In this document: in pieces, positions 6,525-13,198 of the stretch
Layout: each line of letters starts with the position of its first letter
Numbering within the stretch: the first letter of the stretch is position 1
Assembly: GCA_937886445.1 (NCBI GenBank)
Contig: CALGBY010000127.1
Coordinates: forward strand, 1-15,309
Source: an uncultured Clostridia bacterium
Lineage (GTDB): Bacteria; Bacillota; Clostridia; Christensenellales; Aristaeellaceae
Direction of reading: 5' to 3'
DNA length: 15,309 bases
Program-made: the position numbers and the translations under genes
Notes under the pieces: generated by a model
Seen by the model: the letters and a program-made list of their open reading frames with translations, nothing else
Told to the model about the DNA's origin: nothing
Database searches by the model: none

Positions 6525-9500
6525 TTATTCGTACATGGCCAGCGCCTGCGTAAGCTGCGTCATCGCCACGGTGAGCGTGCTGTTATCGGGAGAAGCGTTC
6601 AGCACATTTTCCATGTTCTCCGCCGCGTAGTACAGCGCGGCATACGAGCTGCTGCCCACATCCATGCCCTGCATGCGCTGCCACGCCTTTTCAAGCAGAC
6701 TGCGCGCGTCCCGCAGCCGCCATTCATCCGCGCTGCCGGCAGGCGTATAGGGAGAGGTATAGCTCGCGTGCAGCGTGCAGGAGGAAAGTGTTCCGTAGGG
6801 GTCCTGAAGGGCGTATTCGCCCAGATAATCCTCCAGCACGCCGGCGTACCTTGTGTTTCTGAAGCGCTCCAGCGCGTGCCCGGCGGGGATAACGATCACA
6901 GACTGTGTCTCGGTATCGGGGCAGTAGGGAGAGGCCACCTGCCCGCTTTCACGGCAAAGCTCCACCGTGCGGTGCATGCGGCAGTATTCGGTGGGCTGCG
7001 TGCCCGCGCGCCAGTAATCCGACACCGTCTTGTATCCCATGGCGTCATGGCGGCAGGCATCGGTGGCCAGCTCGCCCGATACGGAGCATACCTCCACCTT
7101 CACCAGCCCGTAATCCTGAGCGGTGCCGTTCATGATATCCCGGTTTTCCAGGTTCTTATCCTTATGGATCTTTTCCATAAAGGCCTTCCACAGCAGCGCG
7201 GCGCTGTTGCCGCCGGTCGTCTTGGAGGAAAGCGCCTTGTAATTATCATGGCCGATCCACACCGCGGCGCAGTACCAGCCCGTCATGCCGGCAAAGAACA
7301 CGCCCTTCTGATCGGAATTGGTGCCCGTTTTGCCCGCCACGGTCTGCCCCTTGATGGCCGCCTTGGTGGCGGTGCCGCTCTTGACGGCGTCCTTCAGGAT
7401 ATCCACGGTGAGCCACGCGGTGGAGGGAGAAAACACCTTGCGCATCGTCTGCTTCTGGTGGCTGTCCCAGATATTGACGCGGTTGCCGTTTTCATCCTCC
7501 TTGAAAAGGCCCAGGAAGGTGATAGGCCGCTGGTATACGCCGCCGTTGGCCAGGCAGGAATACGCCACCGCCATTTCAAACGGCGTGATGCCCGAGGAGC
7601 CCAGCGTAACGCCGAAGGGCGTGGCGCTGATGCGGCTCTGGCTTACGCCCAGCTTGCGCAGGAAGCCCACGCTGTCCTCCACATACACGATGTTCATCAT
7701 CGCGTACGCGGCGGCGGTGTTATCGCTCTTTTTCAGCGCCGTACGCAGCGTTTCGGGCCCGGCGTAGCTGCTTCCGCCGTAGTTGGTGGGCCAGGAATCC
7801 TCCTGCTTTTCGTTCAGCCAGCCCTGAATGGGCACGGGCATATTGTACAGCACCGTGCCGCCGCCCGCGCCCTTCTCAATGGCGGGGGCATATACCGAGA
7901 AGGGCTTGATGGCACTGCCCACCGGCATGTTCATATCGGCCGCGCGGTTCAGCGTTTTGCGGCGGGTGGGCGTTTCGCGGCTGCCTACGATGGCCTTCAC
8001 CTCGCCCGTTCTGTAATCCATCACCACGGCGGCCGCCTGCGGCTGGATGATCTCCTCATAGGTGCCGTCGCTGTTGCGCGCGCGGTAGATCTTATCCTCC
8101 GGGTCTCTCAGCGCGGGATAATCCTTAAAATCGCGCAGCGTTTCCTCCACGGTCTTCTGTATGCCGGTATCCAGCGCCAGCCACACATGGTAGCCGCCGG
8201 TGCGCAGCTCATTATCCATCCGGTTGCGGTTGGCGGCGGTATCCTCAAGGCCGTTCAGCTCCAGCAGCGCCCGTATCACATCGCGCATCGCGTATTCCAC
8301 ATAGTGCGGATAGGCGTACATGCTTTCGCTGTCCGGCGCTTTTTCCAGCACATTGGCCGTGGAGGGGTCCAGCGCGGCGTAATAATCCGCGGCGGAAATA
8401 AAGCCGTTTTCATACATGCAGCGCAGCACATAATCGGTACGGTCATCGGTGATCTTACGGTAATCGGTCTCCTCGCTGTGCCGCAGCCAGTAGTTGCGGC
8501 GGCAGTTGTAATAATAAGGGTTGCGCGTCATGCCGGCCAGCATGGCGCACTCGCGCAGCGTGAGGGAAAACAGGTCGCTCTTGCCGAAATAGCCCGTCGC
8601 GGCGGTCTCCACCCCGTAGTAATCCTCCCCCAGGTAGATGGTGTTCAGGTAGCACTGCAGTATCTGATCCTTGGTATATTTGTTTTCCAGCTGCATCGCA
8701 AGGTAGGCTTCCTGTATCTTGCGCTTATAGCTCTGCTCGGAGGAGAGCAGCGTGTTCTTGATCAGCTGCTGGGTGATCGTGGATCCGCCCTGATTGGAGC
8801 CGGTGGTCAGGTTGGTGATGAACGCGCCCACGATGCGCTTGAGATCCACCCCGTTATGGGAATAGAAGCGGGCGTCCTCCACCGCCACAAAGGCATAGCG
8901 CAGCATCATGGGCATGCTACGGATATCCACCTTCACGCGGTTCTCAACACCGCGCCAGCGGCAGATCTCGTTTCCCTCGGCGTCATAGATAAAGCTGGTT
9001 TCCGCCTGGCTGTCCAGCACCTCCAGATCCAGCACCGGAGCGGCGTCCACATAGGCCTTGGCGATCCCCACCACCGCGCCCGCGCCGGAAAGCCCAAGCA
9101 GCAGAATGATGAGCAGCAGCAGCCGCATGGAGTTGACCGCCACGGTGAGCACAAAAGAGGGCTTGCGGCGGCGCTTTTTGAAAATGCTTTTTTTGCCGTT
9201 CCCCGGCCTTTCCTCCTCCGCTTCCTCCTGCCCGGCGGCAAAGCCCAACAGCTCCTTCCATTCGCCCTTCGCGAAAATGCGGCTTTTCCCGCCGGCGTCC
9301 TGCCGGCTGCCGGTGTATTCCTCCTTGGCGTAGGGGGCCACATTGCCGCCGGAAAAATAGCCGTTCGCGCCGTCCTCCGCTTCCCGGAAGGTGTATTCCG
9401 GCTCAGCGCCGGCGCCGTACCCCGAGGCCGCATCTCCGCTGCCGCCCGCGTAATATCCCTGCTCCGCCGCGCCGTACTGCTCCGCGGGGTCTTCGTGACG

Positions 9501-9839
9501 TCCGGTACCGTATTCCTGCCCGTTGACGGGGTATTCAGGCACAGAGCCGGCGGTGTACCCGGCGTTATATCCCTGCCCGGCGGCGGGGTATTCAGGTGCG
9601 GAGCCGGCGGTGTACCCGGCGCTATACCCCTGCCCGGCGGCGGGGTATCCAGGTGCGGAGCCGGCGGTATCGCCCTGCCCCGCGCCGGTGCTTTCCCACT
9701 CGCGGGGCGTGTTTCGCGTGCTTTCAGGCATCGTAAATCTGCGCGTCATGCCGTCAGGCCGCGCGCCGGTGTTTTCCTCTGTATAACTCCCGTTCACGGG
9801 GATGTTTTCATTTTCGGTATCGCTGTTTTCCGGGTACAC
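6525..9839 (-). CDS. Class A penicillin-binding protein (bifunctional glycosyltransferase/transpeptidase, PBP1A type) with a long low-complexity N-terminal cytoplasmic tail and a Cys-rich C-terminal extension
   Basis: GT51 motifs: AVEDARFYSHNG, GGSTITQQL, RKIQEAY. Transpeptidase motifs: SAIK (SxxK), SDN (SxN), KTGT. There is a single TM segment (LLLLIILLLGLSGAGAVVGIA). The start is uncertain. GTG 9839 has an AGGAGG SD (9846-9851) 6 nt upstream. ATG 9857 and the tracked TTG 9896 have no SD, and the TTG sits inside a hairpin arm. Confidence 0.95.
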   Translation of the reverse strand: MYPENSDTENENIPVNGSYTEENTGARPDGMTRRFTMPESTRNTPREWESTGAGQGDTAGSAPGYPAAGQGYSAGYTAGSAPEYPAAGQGYNAGYTAGSVPEYPVNGQEYGTGRHEDPAEQYGAAEQGYYAGGSGDAASGYGAGAEPEYTFREAEDGANGYFSGGNVAPYAKEEYTGSRQDAGGKSRIFAKGEWKELLGFAAGQEEAEEERPGNGKKSIFKKRRRKPSFVLTVAVNSMRLLLLIILLLGLSGAGAVVGIAKAYVDAAPVLDLEVLDSQAETSFIYDAEGNEICRWRGVENRVKVDIRSMPMMLRYAFVAVEDARFYSHNGVDLKRIVGAFITNLTTGSNQGGSTITQQLIKNTLLSSEQSYKRKIQEAYLAMQLENKYTKDQILQCYLNTIYLGEDYYGVETAATGYFGKSDLFSLTLRECAMLAGMTRNPYYYNCRRNYWLRHSEETDYRKITDDRTDYVLRCMYENGFISAADYYAALDPSTANVLEKAPDSESMYAYPHYVEYAMRDVIRALLELNGLEDTAANRNRMDNELRTGGYHVWLALDTGIQKTVEETLRDFKDYPALRDPEDKIYRARNSDGTYEEIIQPQAAAVVMDYRTGEVKAIVGSRETPTRRKTLNRAADMNMPVGSAIKPFSVYAPAIEKGAGGGTVLYNMPVPIQGWLNEKQEDSWPTNYGGSSYAGPETLRTALKKSDNTAAAYAMMNIVYVEDSVGFLRKLGVSQSRISATPFGVTLGSSGITPFEMAVAYSCLANGGVYQRPITFLGLFKEDENGNRVNIWDSHQKQTMRKVFSPSTAWLTVDILKDAVKSGTATKAAIKGQTVAGKTGTNSDQKGVFFAGMTGWYCAAVWIGHDNYKALSSKTTGGNSAALLWKAFMEKIHKDKNLENRDIMNGTAQDYGLVKVEVCSVSGELATDACRHDAMGYKTVSDYWRAGTQPTEYCRMHRTVELCRESGQVASPYCPDTETQSVIVIPAGHALERFRNTRYAGVLEDYLGEYALQDPYGTLSSCTLHASYTSPYTPAGSADEWRLRDARSLLEKAWQRMQGMDVGSSSYAALYYAAENMENVLNASPDNSTLTVAMTQLTQALAMYE
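9528..9690 (-). repeat. In-frame 57-nt tandem repeat (about 2.8 copies) inside the PBP N-terminal tail
   Basis: Units start at 9528, 9585 and 9642 (GGGGTATTCAGG...). They encode the 19-aa repeats GSAPGYPAAGQGYSAGYTA / GSAPEYPAAGQGYNAGYTA / GSVPEYPVNGQEYGTG. Confidence 0.9.
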
Positions 9840-9866
9840 GCTGTACCTCCTGTTCATATCAGGTAA

Positions 9867-9898
9867 GTTTGAAAATAGTGTACGGCCTATTTTCAAAC
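9867..9898 (-). promoter_or_regulatory. Perfect 11-bp-stem hairpin in the PBP mRNA leader, just upstream of the start codon
   Basis: GTTTGAAAATA (9867-9877) and TATTTTCAAAC (9888-9898) are exact reverse complements, separated by a 10-nt loop. Confidence 0.6.
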
Positions 9899-9915
9899 AG
9901 ACATCGGTGCTATAT

Positions 9916-10029
9916 CTGGAGAACTAAAAGTTATAAACTATGAGCTGTAAGCTCATCATGCCTCATCCGGAGAACTAAAAGTTATTAACTATAAGTTAAT
10001 AGTTTTGAACTATGAGCTGTAAAGCTCAT
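9916..10029. repeat. Duplicated AT-rich module (GGAGAACTAAAAGTTATWAACTAT plus hairpin ATGAGCT-GTA(A)-AGCTCAT) in the PBP/purR divergent intergenic region
   Basis: Copy 1 is 9916-9956. Copy 2 is 9968-10029, with an internal expansion that creates a 19-bp palindrome, TATTAAC-TATAA-GTTAATA (9983-10001). The hairpins with 7-bp arms are at 9940-9956 and 10012-10029. Confidence 0.8.
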
Positions 10030-10074
10030 TACCGGAGGACACAGCAAACAAGTGTGCATTGTCTCCGCTTCATG

Positions 10075-10103
10075 ATTATAACATTTTTCGTATGTTTTGT
10101 CAC
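10075..10103 (-). promoter_or_regulatory. Strong sigma-A promoter directed toward the PBP gene
   Basis: On the minus strand: GTGACA (10098-10103), 17 nt, TGtTATAAT (TATAAT = 10075-10080, with an extended -10 TG). This would give a leader of about 210-230 nt containing the duplicated hairpin modules. Confidence 0.6.
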
Positions 10104-10195
10104 AGAAATGAAAAACTTTACAAATATTACACGTTTCAGGATAATTCGCGATATTTGGGGACCCTTTAGAATGCGGGCATCTGTAATTCTTATGA

Positions 10196-10224
10196 AAAAC
10201 CGAACATTTTCAAAATTCGGTATG
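10196..10224 (+). promoter_or_regulatory. PurBox-like inverted pair (candidate PurR autoregulatory operator)
   Basis: AAAACCGAACATT (10196-10208) matches the B. subtilis PurBox consensus AWWWCCGAACWWT, as I recall it, at 13 of 13 positions. An inverted weaker box, AAAATTCGGTATG (10212-10224), has 2 mismatches. Together they form ACCGAA-N11-TTCGGT and overlap the -35 region of the putative purR promoter. Confidence 0.55.
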
Positions 10225-10251
10225 GTAATATTCGTTTGCATGCGGTATAAT
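10223..10251 (+). promoter_or_regulatory. Putative purR promoter
   Basis: TATAAT at 10246-10251, 38 nt upstream of the ATG. The -35 is weak (TGGTAA, 10223-10228, 17-nt spacer). Confidence 0.45.
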
Positions 10252-10289
10252 GATTATGTATACCCCTAGAACGACAGGAGGATGCCGCC

Positions 10290-11108
10290 ATGGAAAAAGT
10301 AAAGCGCACGGAACGCGTTGCCGCCATCACAAGGGTGCTTACCGAAAGCCCCAACAGCATCATTCGCTACAGCGTGTTCTGCAATATGTTTTCCGCCGCG
10401 AAAAGCAGCGTGAGCGAGGATATCGCCATCGTGAGCGAAAGCCTGCAGAAGTACGGCCTGGGCACGGTGGAAACGGTAGCGGGCGCCGCCGGCGGCGTTC
10501 GTTTCCGCCCCGCGCTTTCCGGAGAAAAGGACAAGGAATTTCTTGAAAAGCTGTGCACGTTCTTTTCTCAGGAAAACCGCCGTCTTCCGGGCGGATACCT
10601 CTATTTTTCCGATCTGCTCAGCGACCCTGCCCTGGTGCGCACGATGGGAGACCTGATCGCCTCCCGTTATTACGCCATCCGGCCCGATTTTGTACTCACG
10701 ATGGAAACCAAGGGCATCCCCGTAGCCCTGATGGCCGCCGAGGCGCTCAGCGTGCCGCTCATCATTGCCCGCCACGCCACCAAGGTGTATGAGGGCAGCG
10801 CCGTCAACATCAGTTATGTGACCGGCAGCGGCAAGATCGAGACCATGTCCCTCTCCCGCAGGGCGGTACACGAGGGGCAGACGGCCCTCATCGTGGACGA
10901 CTTTATGCGCGGAGGCGGCACCGCGGGCGGCATGATCTCGCTGATGAAGGAATTCGGCGTGCAGGTGGCGGGCGTATGCTTCGTGCTCGCGCTGGAAGGC
11001 AGCTGCGAAACGCTGGGGGCCAACGCTTCCAGCCTGATGATACTGGAAAAGCTGAAGGACGGCGAGCCCATCCGCATCACGCCCTCCCCCGCTTTTCTGA
11101 AAGACTGA
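10290..11108 (+). CDS. purR: Purine operon repressor PurR (PuR_N winged-helix domain plus phosphoribosyltransferase-like domain)
   Basis: 272 aa with N-terminal KRTERVAAITRVL...IIRYSVFCNMFSAAKSSVSEDI, typical of Bacillus-type PurR, and the PRPP-binding loop ALIVDDFMRGGGT. AGGAGG SD 8 nt upstream. Confidence 0.93.
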   Translation: MEKVKRTERVAAITRVLTESPNSIIRYSVFCNMFSAAKSSVSEDIAIVSESLQKYGLGTVETVAGAAGGVRFRPALSGEKDKEFLEKLCTFFSQENRRLPGGYLYFSDLLSDPALVRTMGDLIASRYYAIRPDFVLTMETKGIPVALMAAEALSVPLIIARHATKVYEGSAVNISYVTGSGKIETMSLSRRAVHEGQTALIVDDFMRGGGTAGGMISLMKEFGVQVAGVCFVLALEGSCETLGANASSLMILEKLKDGEPIRITPSPAFLKD

Positions 11109-11150
11109 TCTGATATTTTATAACGGTCACAGACCGATCCCGGAGGTACT

Positions 11151-12749
11151 ATGTCTGAACTGAAACAGGCGGTGGAATGCCGCCGCACCTTTGCCATCAT
11201 CAGCCACCCCGACGCGGGCAAGACCACCCTTACCGAAAAGCTGCTGCTCTACGGCGGAGCCATCCGCCAGGCCGGCAGCGTAAAAGCCCGCCGTGCCGAG
11301 CGCCACGCCACCTCCGACTGGATGGAGATCGAAAAGCAGCGCGGCATCTCCGTCACCTCCTCGGCCATGCAGTTTGAGTTTGACGGCTTTCATATCAATA
11401 TTCTGGACACCCCCGGCCATCAGGACTTTTCGGAGGATACCTACCGCGTGCTGGTGGCGGCGGACAGCGCCGTCATGCTGATAGACGCCGCGAAGGGCGT
11501 GGAAGAGCAGACGAAAAAGCTGTTCAAGGTGTGCCGTATGCGCGGCATTCCCATTTTTACCTTTGTGAACAAGATGGACCGCGCCGCGCGGGATCCCTTT
11601 GAGCTGATGGAGGAGATCGAAAATGTGCTGGGCATCCGTGCCTGCCCGGTCAACTGGCCCATCGGCGTGGATGGAGATTTTCAGGGCGTATACCACCGCG
11701 ATGAAAAAACGGTGGAGCTCTATTTCGGCGGCGACCACGGCAAAACGAAGGCCCAGAAGACCGTGATCCCCGCGGACGATCCCATGATCCGGGATGTGCT
11801 TTCCGACCATTATCTGAACCGCCTTCATGACGAGATCGAGCTGCTGGACGAGGCGGGCGATCAGTTTGATATGGACGCCGTGCGCCGCGGCGAGCTGACC
11901 CCCATGTTCTTCGGCAGCGCCGTTACCAACTTCGGCGTGGAGCCCTTCCTGTACCGCTTCCTGCGCTACACGCAGCCCCCGCTTTCAAGGGAGAGCGATC
12001 AGGGCACCGTATACCCCGAAAATGAGGATTTTTCCGGCTTCATCTTCAAGATCCAGGCCAATATGAACCCCGCCCACCGGGATCGCCTTGCCTTCCTGCG
12101 TGTGGTGAGCGGCGTGTTTGAAAAGGGCATGACGGTTTGGCATTCCGGCACCAACAAGGAAATGCAGGTCAAGCAGCCGCAGCAGTTTATGGCGGATGAG
12201 CGCGAGGGCGTGGAAAAGGCCTATCCCGGCGATATCATCGGCCTGTTCGATCCGGGCGTGTACCGCCTGGGCGATACGCTGTGCACCGGCAAAAAGCTGC
12301 GCTTTGACAAGATCCCCGTTTTTGCCCCCGAACGCTTTGCCCGCGTGCGCCCGCTGGACAGCATGAAGCGCAAGCAGTTCATCAAGGGCATCACCCAGCT
12401 GGCGGAGGAGGGCGCGATACAGACCTTCCGCCGCGATGAAACAGGCATGGAGGAATTCATCGTGGGCGTTGTGGGCGAGCTGCAGTTTGATGTGCTCACC
12501 TACCGCCTGAAGAGCGAATACGGCGTGGACCTTGTGATGGAGCGGCTGGACTGGCGCTTTGTGCGCTGGGTGACCGCCTGCCCCGTGGCCGATTATACCG
12601 ACCTGCAGCTCACCTCCACCTCCGCCCGGGGCTACGACAGCCACGGCCTGCGCGTGCTCTTCTTTGAAAACGAATGGTCCATCCGCCTTGCCGGCGAAAA
12701 GAACAAGGGGCTGGAACTGGGCGATATCGCACCGAGAGAAACAAACTGA
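11151..12749 (+). CDS. prfC: Peptide chain release factor 3 (translational GTPase)
   Basis: 532 aa with G1 SHPDAGKTT, G3 DTPGH and G4 NKMD motifs. The block RHATSDWMEIEKQRGISVTSS is typical of RF3. GGAGG SD upstream. Confidence 0.97.
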   Translation: MSELKQAVECRRTFAIISHPDAGKTTLTEKLLLYGGAIRQAGSVKARRAERHATSDWMEIEKQRGISVTSSAMQFEFDGFHINILDTPGHQDFSEDTYRVLVAADSAVMLIDAAKGVEEQTKKLFKVCRMRGIPIFTFVNKMDRAARDPFELMEEIENVLGIRACPVNWPIGVDGDFQGVYHRDEKTVELYFGGDHGKTKAQKTVIPADDPMIRDVLSDHYLNRLHDEIELLDEAGDQFDMDAVRRGELTPMFFGSAVTNFGVEPFLYRFLRYTQPPLSRESDQGTVYPENEDFSGFIFKIQANMNPAHRDRLAFLRVVSGVFEKGMTVWHSGTNKEMQVKQPQQFMADEREGVEKAYPGDIIGLFDPGVYRLGDTLCTGKKLRFDKIPVFAPERFARVRPLDSMKRKQFIKGITQLAEEGAIQTFRRDETGMEEFIVGVVGELQFDVLTYRLKSEYGVDLVMERLDWRFVRWVTACPVADYTDLQLTSTSARGYDSHGLRVLFFENEWSIRLAGEKNKGLELGDIAPRETN

Positions 12750-12756
12750 CTTGCTT

Positions 12757-12905
12757 CGAAAGCAAGCGGGGCAAGCCGCGCTTGCTTTCGTTCACATCCG
12801 TTTCCTGTAAAATGGCGTTTTCGTATATAACGAAAACGCTCATTTTACGGCCGGAAACGGATAGCAGATGCGGCTTTCAGCCGCTCCTCGGCGACGCGCA
12901 TGTCG
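12757..12905 (+). repeat. Copy B of the multi-hairpin REP/BIME-like mosaic element, starting 8 nt after the prfC stop
   Basis: Hairpins: 12757-12790 (12-bp perfect arms CGAAAGCAAGCG/CGCTTGCTTTCG), 12807-12848 (about 18 bp, one bulge), 12870-12884 (GCGGCT/AGCCGC), 12890-12907 (GGCGAC/GTCGCC). It aligns to the reverse complement of 1-187, apart from a hairpin module present only in copy A. Confidence 0.85.
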
Positions 12906-12928
12906 CCGCCTGCGGATCAAAAATTGAA

Positions 12929-13045
12929 GGGTTGCGGCCCTTCGATGCATCCCAAAGGGGGTAAAACAGGTTGCGGTCCTTCGATGCAACCTGAAGAGGA
13001 ACGCGATACACACGGGGGCTGGGCTGCGGCCCTTCGATGCATCCC
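12929..13045 (+). repeat. Three dispersed copies of a 25-nt stem-loop unit (RGGYTGC-GGYCCTTCGAT-GCAWCCY)
   Basis: R1 is 12929-12953, R2 is 12968-12992 and R3 is 13021-13045, with gaps of 14 and 28 nt. R2 forms a perfect 7-bp stem (AGGTTGC/GCAACCT). R1 and R3 have one internal mismatch. The outermost pair covaries (G-C in R1/R3, A-T in R2). Confidence 0.75.
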
Positions 13046-13068
13046 GGGGAGGGGCTGCAAGCAGCCCC

Positions 13069-13098
13069 CGAAAGCAAGCGGGGCAGTGCCGTGCTTGT
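13069..13098 (+). repeat. Degenerate second copy of the CGAAAGCAAGCGGGGCA hairpin module, closing the repeat mosaic
   Basis: The 17-mer at 13069-13085 is identical to 12757-12773 (312 nt upstream). The right arm has diverged (GTGCTTG versus CGCTTGCTTTCG). Confidence 0.7.
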
Positions 13099-13114
13099 GA
13101 TATATTTGAAAAAG

Positions 13115-13168
13115 GAAGAAAGCAGCGTTCCCATGCTTTTTGTGTCACGGGAATGCTGCTTCTTTTTG
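13115..13168. terminator. Bidirectional Rho-independent terminator between convergent prfC and the AAA+ ATPase gene
   Basis: The stem is GAAGAAAGCAGCGTTCCC (13115-13132) / GGGAATGCTGCTTC (13149-13162), about 13 bp including one G.U pair. It is followed by TTTTTG on the + strand and, on the minus strand, by TTCCTTTTTC. Confidence 0.7.
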
Positions 13169-13198
13169 TGATGCTTTATGAAATACGCTTTCTGCTGA

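Noticed and set aside
9940-9978. A 12-codon ORF (MSCKLIMPHPEN) and its paralogous start at 10012, each preceded by GGAG, could be leader peptides.
   Set aside because: The GGAG lies about 18 nt or more from the ATG, which is too far for an SD. The ATG is part of the hairpin arm ATGAGCT. The second copy runs on as an 85-aa AT-rich ORF through the promoter region. The best promoter in this region points the other way.
1-12905. The inverted copies of the about 150-190-nt element at 1-187 and 12757-12905 could be the ends of a 12.9-kb composite transposon.
   Set aside because: The interior is housekeeping (recG, PBP, purR, prfC, kduI) with genome-typical composition and no transposase or integrase. 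Each copy sits in the same orientation relative to its own upstream gene, which fits a dispersed 3'-UTR/REP-like element better.
12929-13045. The three 25-nt repeats could be a mini-CRISPR array.
   Set aside because: There are only three imperfect copies. The gaps are unequal and short (14 and 28 nt), there are no cas genes, and the units form stem-loops with covariation and sit inside a larger hairpin mosaic.
12929-13045. The TTCGAT-containing loops could be tRNA T-arm fragments or a tRNA pseudogene.
   Set aside because: The loop is 11 nt rather than 7. No acceptor, D or anticodon arms can be drawn around any copy.
12674-13148. ORFs crossing the repeat mosaic: 12674-12964 (+), 12900-13100 (+), 12840-13148 (-), 12877-13134 (-).
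   Set aside because: They have no SD sequences. The repeated peptide segments (for example GCGPSMHP) simply mirror the DNA repeats, and the ORFs run through multiple strong hairpins.
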